Shown here in pieces: positions 10,136-21,035 of a stretch of 64,000 nt of DNA. Origin of the DNA: Emiliania huxleyi CCMP1516 (taxonomy: Eukaryota); the NCBI RefSeq assembly GCF_000372725.1, contig NW_005201192.1, positions 434,001 through 498,000 on the forward strand, in the 5' to 3' direction. The position numbers were made by a program, and so were the translations under genes. Within the stretch, counting starts at the first letter, position 1; every line of letters begins with the position of its first letter. Below the pieces are notes generated by a model, which saw only the letters and a list, made by a program, of their open reading frames with translations, did no database searches and had not been told where the DNA came from.

Positions 10136-12393
10136 CCCCCCCCCCCCCAAAAAAACTTGAAACGACCTTAAACTTCAGTCTGCAGGGGCTCCAGGCCCCA
10201 AATGATGTGTGAGTGTTACGTTGTTTGGTATTTTGTCTCGCGCGCGCGTGAACAGAGGGCAGTCGACCCCAAAGCTGCCCCCCCCCCCGACGTACTTTAC
10301 ACACCCATAAAGCGCAGTCTCCGGGGCGCGACGGGGGGTCGTTGCCCCTATCGACGCCCGAGGGGGGCCGTTCCCCCCCCCCTGCGAGGTCTTCGCTGTC
10401 CGTTGCGCTCAGATCGCCGCTGCCCGCGGCCTTCTACCCTCCCGGGCGACGAGCGGGACCTCCCCCCCCCCCGTCGCCCGAGACATCCCGGCCATCGCTC
10501 TCGTCGTCGCTTCCATCCTCCCCATCGGGCGGCCCGCCATCCGCCGCGTCGGGTGGCCCGCCGTCACCGGTGTCGACGGTCATCTCGTCGGGCTGGTCAT
10601 CCTCCTCGCCCTCCAGCTCGTAGTCGGAGACCTCCCGCCCCCCTGCTCCTCGCGCTCGTCGTCGCCCGCCACGCCCCCGGTCCATGCCGATTGTCCGTTT
10701 GCGGTGCGCCACTGGCTGACGGTCTCCCATATTGCCATGGCGGCGTCGGCGCAGCCTGCTATGATTTCGCGGGTCACAGTCGACCTAGCCTCCGCCGGGT
10801 CTATGTTGCCCCTGATCTCGGCCACCCGTTCCGCCTCTCGTCTGACGGCCCGCGTGCTGGGTTCCGGGTGGGACCATCCCTCCTATCACCGAGAGCGTCA
10901 GATACATACTTGCCGCGACACACACCGACGGTCGCACACCGACTGTAACCCCGAGACAAGGGCGTATGCACATCTAGCAGGCCCGCGCCACGATGGTGGA
11001 ACAGACTGGCACGCACATGCACATGTGCATGTGCATGCACATGCACATGCACATGTACATGTTCCACAGTGGTGGCCCATGGTGTTGCGCACACTGCCCC
11101 CAGGCCCCCACACGTTGGGAAACCACTTCCTACTTATGTGGGCCCGGCTTTCCCGGGAGCTAGCTCTAACCATGTCTCAAGCATCCGACCGATGGACAAG
11201 CCTGTCTATGTCGGGTAGCCGACCGACGTCTGGTCGTTACGGGTTCCGCGCTCCTCGACGCGCACGTGTCACTGCCACGATGGTGGCGCGTCTCGTACGC
11301 GCCCGCCCGCCCCACCCAGGATGGAGCTGGGCCGCGACGACGTCCCTCAGCATGTCCCCGTGTAGGGCTTCTGCCGAAATTCCGGTCTCGCAGCATTGCT
11401 AGGGGCAAAGGTAGGCTTCCCACGAGGGTGGAAAGCCCGACCGCGCCACGAGGGGGGCGCGACCTTTGGGTCAGACCCCTGGCGCCACTAGCAGCTCAAG
11501 GCCACCGTCGACATTACGCATTTATATCTCGCGCGGCTGGCCCACCCAGTCGGCGGTGGGTCGCTGGCGCGGTCGCAAAGGGACTTGAGGAGGAGGACGC
11601 CGCCCATGTACAGATCACGTTCAATTTGTCGTAGCCGGAGAGGACATGGTGACCTTAGAGCTAGTAGCCGAGGACGTCGTGGCACCAACGGCGAGGGCGG
11701 GCAGGCGACAGGCGAGACGACAGGGCGGCGGGCAAGCTGGCGTGGTGGTCGGCGAAAGGCGGCGGGAGGTGAAAGGCGAGGGCGATGGCGGGCGGGCGAG
11801 GATGAGGTGGGGCTGGGTGGAGGTGATTCTCCGGGTCAGTCTGGAGGTCATTCTCCACAATCTCCTGCGACACAGCAGCACAGGTTAGGTCAGCCGCGCA
11901 GAGGGCAGCGAGGCTGAGGTCAAAGAGCAGCAGGATGTTGAGGTCACAAAATCGGTCGATTTCGAAGTTGCTCGAGACGGCCCGGAAATTGCCCCGCGCC
12001 GAAGCCCCGGTGTCGGCTCGAGGTGTCGGCGCACCGCATCTCGGCCGCGAGGACCCGGTTCCGCCCGCCCAAACGAGCAGCAGGAGCTCGGGCACAACTT
12101 TGTCGACTAACAGGTTGAGGAAAATTTCGGCGAAGAAGCGGCACCGGCGGTACGCCGGGACGAACCCGGACCGCTAACATTGTTCAGAACCGCGGCGGCG
12201 AGCCGCCGCGGGCCCACAGGAGAGCTGGGAGTCGCGGCACTAGACCGCGCCGCCAGCGAGGCGAGAGCGGCAGCAGCCGACATGTCCGAGTCCCAACTTT
12301 AACCACCAAAGATCAGTCTGCAGGGGCTCCCTCCCCCCCCCCCCCCCAAACACGTACTTTAAACGACGGCATAAACTTCAGTCTCCAGGGGGT
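10136..12393 (-). mobile_element. Degenerate element bounded by paired short direct-repeat modules
   Basis: The module polyC-..ACTTT..TAAACTTCAGTCT(G/C)CAGGGG occurs at ~10136, ~10277, ~12292 and ~12333. The interior carries broken minus-strand ORFs starting at ATG 12283. Confidence 0.4.
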
Positions 12394-12707
12394 TATTTGT
12401 TTGGTGTTGAAAATCTCTCTCTCTCTCTCTCCCTCCCCCACCATCAGAGCCCGGAGCCGTGTCCGATACCACTACCTCTCGCAGGCTGCTCCCAACCCAT
12501 CCACCTCGCCGAGCCCGAGATATGCCGAGGTGCGCGATCTCGGCCGTGCCACGCAATCTCGGGCGATCTCGCGCTATCTCGGGCGATCTCGGAGCCGCGA
12601 GGACCGGGTTTTCTTTCAGAGGGGGTCCTGTGTTTGTGTGGGCCTACGGGGCTCTAAATTCTTTCAGTGCCCGACCCCGCCGCGCCATAATCGTATCAAT
12701 CTACACG

Positions 12708-14864
12708 ATGCCTCTCCACGTCACTCTGCTGGGCCTCGGCCACATGAATCTCGTGATCCCGACGCCTCGCAACGCAATGGACGGCGTCCTCGAAAACTTT
12801 CGTGGTGGACGGTCTCCTACGACTGCCTGCACATGCGCCAATAGGTGAACGTTGGCGACGACCCCCTGCCCTGCCCTGCCACCGTTGCTCGCTGACCCCT
12901 GTCCCCTCCCGCCGCAGCAAGCCGTGTGAGATGGGTGTGCGGGCTGACGGCGGCCGCGGCCAGCCGTGCCTCTGGTGGTCGCAAGGCTGCTCCATCGGTT
13001 GCGAGTACTGCGCAACCGACCCCCGCCACCCGCGCAACCGCGGCCGGATCCCAACGCAGCCGATCCAAGGTTTTGGCTACATGCGGCACCGGTGGCGTAC
13101 ACGTACACGTCCGCGGACAGGCTGTGACGCGGGAATCCTCTTCAGGCGGCTGGCCTCACGCGGACAAGGCTGGCTTCCGGACAGCGTACTGCGACGAGCC
13201 AGGCATCGCCAGTGTGCACACCAGCAGTAGCGCCAGCAGTAGTGCCAGCAGTAGAGCACACCGGCAGCAGAGCCAGTAGAGCCAGCAGTAGAGCACACCG
13301 GCGGCAGCTCATCATGCACCCTCTCGACGCGGGCCTCACCCCACCCCACCGACCGACCAACCGAGAGCGCCCCTCTCCCCAGGCACGCCCGTTCTGCCGC
13401 GCGAGTACTGGACGATGAACGTGGCTGCGATCGAGGGCGCAGAGGATCGCCGCCGCCTCGACCCGTCGAGGCGCCCGAGACGACCCGACTCTGTGCACCT
13501 CAGGCGCCGTCAACGACTCGTACCGCTTCAACCCGTGGCGGGCGCCCGGCACCGCTCCCGTGGTCGACCCGTGCGGACAGGCGGGCGGCAAGTACGAGCA
13601 GACGCCGGTGGGGGGCGGGCCGCGCCTTAGCCGCGAGGGTGCGAGGGTGCGAGAGGGCGGTGGTGAGCCGGTGCTCGCGCGGCGTAGGCGACAGCGTCTT
13701 CTTCGCGACCAACTTTTCGAGGATGGGCGACCTCGGCTCCGAGGTGCACACTCAACTCATAGTCAGTCGCTGGGTCACGTGTACTCATCGGTGAGGGCCT
13801 CGGCTCCAGGTGCTGCCGCCGACGCGCGGCCCGCTCCCTCGCTGGGCAGCAGGCTCCGAGGCGGCGGTGGCGTGGGGGATGCGGTTCAACCACGGCGAGA
13901 GACCCAGCCGAGACGCAGCCGAGACGCGGCCGAGATGCGGCCGAGGGAGACGAGTTCAGATCGGATGCGATAGGCGGCGGGTACCAATACCGCCTCTGCC
14001 CCGCCGACGCCGCGCTGACTGAGGAGCGCCTTCAGAGAGCGCTGCCACCCGTGAGACCTCTGAGCCCGAGGCGCGTGTATACCCCCCCCCCCCCCTCACA
14101 CACACGCAGGAGTGCTTCCAGCGCACGCCGCTCGACTTTGTGAGAAGCGCGCAGGCCATCCTCTGGAACAACGGCACCCGCCGGCCCATCCGCGGAAGCT
14201 TTGTCAGTGGCTCCGCGGTGCGGTGGCGGGAGGGGTCGCCTCTGCGCCTCGCAGCAAGAGACGCTCAGGGTCGGGTGGTGGAACCCCCGAGTAGGTGCGG
14301 CCGGAGGGCTCGACGTGGGCACGCAACCCGGTGCTGCAGGCCGACCCTCGGACAGGCCTATGGCGTGACGTGATTACCATAGCGTACGGCTGTCTACAGG
14401 TGCCACGCATCAACACCGACAACCGAGGCTTGGCGCGCGAGGGCGAGTGCACGCTCGGCCCTCCCCGCCGGGGGCCGTGGAGCGCCGCCAAGGGCAACTC
14501 AGCTCCCCGCCCGCCGCGACCCGACGTGGCACACGATTGCACGAGCGACGCGTGATTGTTTGCAGGTGATTGCCAGCAGTTTCCCTCGCCGTGCCCCGAC
14601 GTGGACCGCGGCTGGTTCGATTGCGACGCTCACCCGGGCGAGGGCGGCTGCGCGACGGGCGGCAACGACGACCATTGGGGGTATTGCTCCGGCGATTGGA
14701 CGCTCGGCATGGTGGCGGACCGGGTGGTGGTCCCGTCGAGCTTGCGGCCGGGAAAGTACGTGCTAGGCTGGCGGATGGATTGCGAGGAGACGGCGCAGGT
14801 CTGGCAGAATTGCGCGGACGTCGAGGTGGTCGGCCCTGAGCGCCGTGATCGGATTGTCTCGTGA
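12708..14864 (+). CDS. Lytic polysaccharide monooxygenase-like (His-brace) secreted protein, multi-exon
   Basis: Short leader then H-MNLVIPTPRN (His 12741); CLWWSQGCSIGC; NPWRAPGTAPVVDPCGQAGG; NH|GGGYQYRLCP (His 13891); LTE|ECF; GKYVLGWRMDCEETAQVWQNCADV. Confidence 0.8.
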
Positions 14865-15221
14865 GCGTGAAATCCGGAAAAGGGTGTCGCGGCGCAGGGT
14901 CCCGGTGGCGTCGCCGCCCGCCCCACGCGCGGGTTCGTGCGGCCGATGCGGCAGAGCGCCATGAGCGGCCGCGGACCCGCGCCGGTCCTCCGCGTTCGCT
15001 TCTGTCCGTGACGTTATGAGTTTATTGCTTGAATGGAGACGAGACGAGGAGAAAAGAACAACTAGCAGAATTTTTAGAATCGCTGCCCGAAATCGAATCC
15101 AACTCACTTCGTGACAGAAACTGCCCGTACACCACCATTTGAGACCTCCGGAGAGAGGCACTGAGGCCTATGTGCATGTGCCATGGAACCTCATGGCTCT
15201 GGCCTCTGCTCCGCGCCCTCC

Positions 15222-17422
15222 TTAGACCAGTACGATAGGGGAAGCACAGTCCGCGGGCTCAGGCAGTGGACCCGCACCCCCAGAGAAGCCAGGCACCTCC
15301 ACCCGCGCCGCCGTCGCCTCCGGGCAGGCCAGATCGAGCGCTGCCGCCGGTGTGGGCGGCGGCGCTGGCGTCGCAAGAGGCGTCGCTGCCGGTGCCGGCG
15401 CTAGCCCCATTGCCGCCAGCGGCGGCGGCGGTCCTTGCATCGCGACAGCTGGTCCCATCGCGCCCGCCGGCGGCAGCGCCTGCCTTTGCATCACGCCTGC
15501 AGGCCCCATCGCGCCCAGCTGCATCGGCGGTGCTCCGGCGAAGCCGGGGGGCGGCGCAAGCTGCATGCCGGGCTGCATGCTGGGCTGCATGCCGGGCTGG
15601 TACGGCAGGTACGGGAAGGCGCCCATCGGGGGAAACGGAGTCATGCCAGGCATCATCGGCATCATGGGGTTGGGCATCATGGGGTAGTTTGGCGCGCTGG
15701 GCGTGTGCGGCAAGTAGGCTCCTATCATGGCGCCGCCCCACTGCTGCAGCGCCTGTTGTGGGAGGGAAGGCGTTCGAGATGGCGGGTGGGAGGGGTGAGG
15801 AACGGAGAGGGGCAGGGAGGCGCGTTGATCGGCGAAAATTTGATCGGCGATGATAGAGGGGGAGAGAGCAAAAGAGAGGAGAGCGGGGAGAGGGAGAGGG
15901 AGAGGGTGAGGAGGCGGACAGGCGAAATTCGCGCGTGGGCCTGCTCGCGCGTCAGCGTGGCACGCTGGAACGGCTGTCGCGACCGCCTCGCCGCTGGCGA
16001 GCGCGACTGCAGGTGCGCCCCAGCACCGGCCCCGGCCTCCGCCGCCGCCTCGCGTGCCGCGTCCTCCTCGCCTGCGTGGGCGATGGTCTCGGCGTGCGAA
16101 AACCGCCGCGGTGCGCCCGTCGTCTTTGCCTGCCGCAGGCCGCACGCGTTGCACAACGTCATGCCACATCTGCCGGGGAGGGGGCAAGCTAAGGCTGGGG
16201 CTCGGGGCCGGGGGCGAGGGCAAACAGGCGAGGTTGGAGCTGGCACCGCCACTTTGGCGTCTCGGTCGTGCCACACGAGAGGCATGCGCGAACCTGCCGA
16301 GGCAAGAGGTGCGCCCAGAAGGTGAGGGGAGCCTGCGACTCGCGTGCTGGCACTGCATGCCATCCTCAAGATGGGTGCGGCTGCGGTGCTGGTGCTCACC
16401 CCTTGCTGCTGTTGCATTTGCGCTTGCATTTGCTGCTGCTGCAGCAGCAGCGGGGGCGGCGGCTGCAATGGCTGCTGGTCCTGCGGCGGCGGCTGCGGCT
16501 GTTGATCCTGCTGCTGCGCGACGGGAGGGTCGGAGGGGAGCTCAGGTATAAAAATACAGGCAATTGGGGCGCTGGGCGGCTGGCGCATGCGGGGCCTCGC
16601 GCCTGCTGCGGCCAAGAGGACGGCGGAGACCCGCTGCGGGAGGATCCGCTCGAGGAGGGGCGGTTGGAGTCGGTCACGCGGCTCGCGTCGGCTGCGGCTG
16701 CGGTGAGGGTCTGCAGCGGTATGCGCCAGCCGGGTGAGGGACGGGGAGCACGCATTGCATGGCAGGTCGCAGCTCATAAGGGGGGGGGGGATTCCGCCGA
16801 CAGTCAGAGTAGATACGGATGCAACACACGGGCGGTCTAGGGTCGTGCGGGACGCACCTCGAGGCCTGAAGCGAGACCCGCCTCGCCCTTTTCGACCGAC
16901 TCCCCGCCGGCGGCCGCACTGCAGTCGGAAGCCACGGGCGCAGCTGCAGTAGGCGCGTCACCGCTTGCAGAGGGAGGGGAGGGGACGGGCGGCGCGGCGA
17001 GCGAGGCAGGGTAGTTCAACGCGATGCTCGCATTTGCATCGTGCGGGCCGCGCAGCATCGCGATCTCTTGTTGCTGCGCTTCAATGATTTCGCACAGGCG
17101 GGCAAGGACAGCATCGGGCGCGCCCCTAGGATGGGTCGGAGGGATTAGAGGGCGGCGGAGGCAGCAAAGCGCGTCTTGAGCCGCGTGTGTTGCGGTGTGC
17201 GCGCGGCAGTGGTGCGCAGGGCGAGGTTCAAGTATCGTGGCCCAGGCCACCCAGTTTAGGCGGGAGCACGCACTCGGCCACGCGCGAGAGGCGCTGCCTC
17301 TTGAGGATGTGCTGCACGCGATCGTGAAGAGAGGCGCCGTTGCCGCCAGATGGTGCCGCCTCGGGCTCTGCCGCCCCGTCCAGTAGTCCCAGCTCGGGAG
17401 GAGGGGATCCCAAGGACGACAT
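15222..17422 (-). CDS. GATA-type zinc-finger transcription factor with Q/P/M-rich regions, multi-exon
   Basis: Spliced finger CLSCGTTETPKWR|CGMTLCNACGLR (GT-AG intron 16170-16246); poly-Q upstream; Pro/Met-rich tail. The 5' exons are uncertain. Confidence 0.8.
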
Positions 17423-18253
17423 TCGGCACAACCCGGGATGCTCGTAGCACGAAAGCAGGCGCGGCGAGAGGCCCGGAAGCGCCCCTAATGCCTATAACCG
17501 ATTTCGTGGATGTATCCCTGAGATTGATCCAGATCCGGTCCGGCGGGCGGTGAAATTGAACGTACGGCCGCATGCGCTCAGAGGGCGCGCACGAGTGGGT
17601 GTACGTGACATCAAAAGTGAGAATGCCGCCTGAAAACGCTGACTGAGCCCGTCCCCCCAGGATATTGGCTGATCTGTTCTCCCCATTTGTCTCTTCACCT
17701 TGCCTGAGAGAGAGAGAGAACACACACCCCTCTCCCTTTTCCTTCATGAAGCTAAAGGTACGTGCCCGAAAGTGGACTGTTGACTGGCAGGTTTTGGTCT
17801 CCCCAGCTGGTCTAAAGTACGTACGTAGGGGGGTCGTCGCGTCGTCCCGCCCGTATCATGTGCGGAATCGACCCTACAGCGAATCCTTGCGAAGGAACGC
17901 CGATGGACGTACGGATGAATGCGTTCAGAGCGCGCACGTGGGTGTACGAGCAACTTGGAAAGACGCGGTGAGGCCGGGATCGCACACGGCAGGCAGGGCG
18001 CAGGGGTGGCGGGACGGCTGTGGAGCGAAGCGGCTATAGCCAAGAGAAATCACTGTGAGAGTATTTATTTTTGTTGGCGCTCCCGCTCGTTTCCCTAGGG
18101 AAATTTCCGGAAACGCAAACACTGCTGGGCAGCCTCTCGTTTTGGGACTGGGTTCCGGAATACGCACTTGGTCTTGGAGTACGGAAACACGACACGCATG
18201 CTTCAAGCCCGCTTACACCTTCATACCTTGCGAGCAGAGGGGACTACCAGTAC

Positions 18254-18822
18254 TCAGAGGGCCGCCACGCACTTGAACTCGGCGGCTGCGTTCAGTGCGA
18301 GCCCCTTGGCTCCAAAGGCCGCCCTCGCCGGCGGGTCCTTCGGAAAGATCTTGGTGTACGCCTCATTGAGCGGCGCATAGTCGCGCGCGAGGTCTCCGAC
18401 GAAGACTGTGCCTGCGGACGTGCCGTGGGCGCGGCGCTGGCGTGGTGTAGCTCGTGTGGCGGTGGGATCAGCACCGCTACTGCGTGGCAGCTGGAAGAGA
18501 GCGGGGCAAACTCACAGTCGAGAATGTTGTCGAGGGTGGTGCCTGGACCCGCAGCCTTTAGGACCTCGCCAATCATGGCAAAGGCGCATGCAGTCTCGGC
18601 CTTGATGCCGCCCGCGCACAGGGTCGGCCTCCCGTCCCGCACAGACGTCATGTTGACGCCGACGGTGCCGGCGACGTAGATTGTGCCTCCACTGATGACT
18701 GCGTGCGAGAACAGCGGGCTCTCTGGAAAGCCTGGCACGTGCACGACCTTCTTGTCGAGAGTGGCGGCGAGAGCGAGCAGGCAGGCGAGCGATGCGTAAA
18801 AGAGAGCGGATCGGAACAACAT
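18254..18822 (-). CDS. RidA/YjgF/UK114 family protein with N-terminal signal peptide; 2 exons
   Basis: FSHAVISGGTIYVAGTVG...VLKAAG...ILDC|TVFVGDL...LNEAYTKIF...PPARAAFGAKGLALNAAAEFKCVAAL*; leader MLFRSALFYASLACLLALA. Confidence 0.9.
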
Positions 18823-18850
18823 ACCGTGGCGCTGGCCGCGGCAATGGATT

Positions 18851-19327
18851 CTGGGTTCCGGCTCCTAGCCAGATAGGGGGTCTGTCCCCTACGGTTAGAC
18901 CCCATGCAATAGGTAGGTAGGTCCGGTTTTGACCGCCCCAGAGGGCCCCGCAATAGGTAGGTAGGTGGTGGTGGTGAGGGGGGGGGGGGGGGTAAAAACC
19001 GCTTCGGGCTTCGCTGCGCGGGAGACTCTGTCGAGGGAAGAGAGTGCCGTTTTGGAGCCGTCCAACGCCTCGAGAGCCCAGTAGGCCATGCTCTGGCGGG
19101 CTCGCGAGCGGCGCGCACCGCGGTACAAGCCGGCGCGCGGCGGGCGCTGGGAGCCTATTCACAGAGGGCTAACGGGCATTTTTTCGCTTCGCTGCGCGGC
19201 CTGGGGATAGGTGGGTAGGTGGGGCACGGAGCCTGGCGATTGGCGCCCGCAATAGGTAGGTAGGTAGGGCGTTTTGGTGCGAGTCATAGGCAACAGACCC
19301 CCTATCTGGCTAGGAGCCGGAACCCTG
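18851..19327. mobile_element. MITE with 33-bp perfect TIRs (hAT-like CAGGG ends) and (TAGG)n subterminal repeats
   Basis: GGGTTCCGGCTCCTAGCCAGATAGGGGGTCTGT at 18853-18885 has its exact reverse complement at 19293-19325. No TSD seen. Confidence 0.85.
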
Positions 19328-19432
19328 GTCGGGAGGGGAAAGTGAGCGCCGCGGCAGCAGGGATTCGCGTTTTCTTTTTACTTAGCAGCCACTTCGAGGC
19401 AGTCACCTCTGTCGCGCCGGCTCTTTGCCGAC

Positions 19433-20191
19433 ATGCGCGCGTCCATCCTTCTGATTACTGCCACGGCCGTTGCACTCGATCTGCCGAAGCCTGCACCTGG
19501 GCTTGGCCGCCGCGTGGCCATCACTGCGCTTGCATACAGCCTTCCGGGCTTCATCGCGACCGCCTCCGGCAGCAAGCAGATCACTGCGGCGACGGCTGAC
19601 GACGCGGGCGGCAAGGCCAAGTTCAAGCGGCTCAGCCCGATCCAGTTTATCGCAGCGCTCGGTGACCCGGCCGCCTCGTCGGGCACTGGTGCGGAGCAGT
19701 GGGGACTGTGGCGGGAGGATCCGGGTCCGCGGGGCGTTTTCCTGCGCGACTACGAGAAGAAGCTGGCGAGCAAGGGCGGGACCGCGCCGGCGGGCTGGCG
19801 CGTGGACCCGTCGCGCTTCTATGTGGAGGAGCACGGCCTGATCATGGAGGTCCCCTCCACGCTGCCACTCGCCCGGTACGAGCGCGAGGGCGCCACCATG
19901 AAGCAGACGGCGCCCTACCGCCGGTACGTGGTGACGGGGGACCGCGAGGTCACTTCGGTGCTGACGGTGCACGACGACGGCCGGTGGGAGCTCTCGAAGG
20001 GCTCGCTCTACGACGTCACGCACCTTCCCTGCCGCACGGGCGTGTACACTGCGAGCGCGGGCGGAAGCTGCGCGCCGGCGGCCGCGATGCAGGACAAGTT
20101 CCCAGTCAAGCCCGGCGCCAAGATGCCTACGTTTGACGGTTGCAACACGCAGGACTGGGCGGTGCTCTTTGTAGTGGGCGTGGAGGCCTGA
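19433..20191 (+). CDS. Conserved protein of unknown function; signal peptide + twin-arginine motif (putative thylakoid lumen), intronless
   Basis: Clean 252-aa ORF: MRASILLITATAVAL...GRRVAITALA...; globular domain QFIAALGDP, WGLWREDPGPRGV, EEHGLIME, LYDVTHLPCR, FPVKPG.MP. Confidence 0.8.
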   Translation: MRASILLITATAVALDLPKPAPGLGRRVAITALAYSLPGFIATASGSKQITAATADDAGGKAKFKRLSPIQFIAALGDPAASSGTGAEQWGLWREDPGPRGVFLRDYEKKLASKGGTAPAGWRVDPSRFYVEEHGLIMEVPSTLPLARYEREGATMKQTAPYRRYVVTGDREVTSVLTVHDDGRWELSKGSLYDVTHLPCRTGVYTASAGGSCAPAAAMQDKFPVKPGAKMPTFDGCNTQDWAVLFVVGVEA

Positions 20192-20565
20192 CGTTCCGGC
20201 CGGGACATGGTACATCTCAGGGATTCCAGTAAAAAGAAATCTAAAATGCTGAGTAAGGATGCCCCAGCGACCGCGGTCACAGAGGTAGGTGCAAGGGCCG
20301 ACGATTTCATAAATAGTAACTCTTACAAGACAGAGCTGATGCGCGCAGCCAGCCAAGGCAGTCGCCGAGACGTAACGCTACCTTATTTATATTACTGTCT
20401 ATGTGCTGTCACGGACCCCTAATGAGGGAAAAAGGTAAGGTAAGGTAAACTTCTCCACACACACGAGGTGGTGGGGCAAGGGGGGGCAACCCTCGCGTCT
20501 CCACGTCTAACGACAGGAGCCCCACGGCATTCAAAGTGCAAAAGGCCCGGTGCGCGTGGGTGAGC

Positions 20566-20567
<2 letters not shown>

Positions 20568-20624
<57 letters not shown>
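20568..20624. repeat. (GT)n microsatellite
   Basis: Seen directly. Confidence 0.98.
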
Positions 20625-20627
<3 letters not shown>

Positions 20628-20848
20628 AGGGAAAAACATGGCCAGGTGTTCGGATACCTCGTGCGAAAGTTGCGTCAATTTATGTACAGACTGAGCCACA
20701 CAGGTGACAGAGCGCAGAGCGGCAGAGCGGGGCACAGGGCGCCAGGTCGCGGGTGGAACGGGGAGTGCGCGCGATGTTTCGCTTTCGGCGCCTCACGGAA
20801 AGTGGGCAGTGGGCAGTACATCTCCAGGAGAGATGGGCGACGCACCGA

Positions 20849-20975
20849 GCCGTAGGCCGTAGGCCGTAGGCCGTATGCCGTATGCCGTCTGCCGTATGCC
20901 GTATGCCGTCTGCCGTCTGCCGTCTGCCGTCTGCCGACGGCCGACGGCCGACGGTGCCGTCGGCCGTCGGCCGTC
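20849..20975. repeat. 7-bp minisatellite GCCGTAG/GCCGTAT/GCCGTCT grading into GCCGACG/CGTCGGC inverted units
   Basis: Seen directly, just upstream of galE. Confidence 0.9.
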
Positions 20976-21035
20976 GGACGTGGCGGGGGAAATTCTTTCG
21001 TACAGAACGAATTGCTGCTTTCCGGCAGCGCTCTG

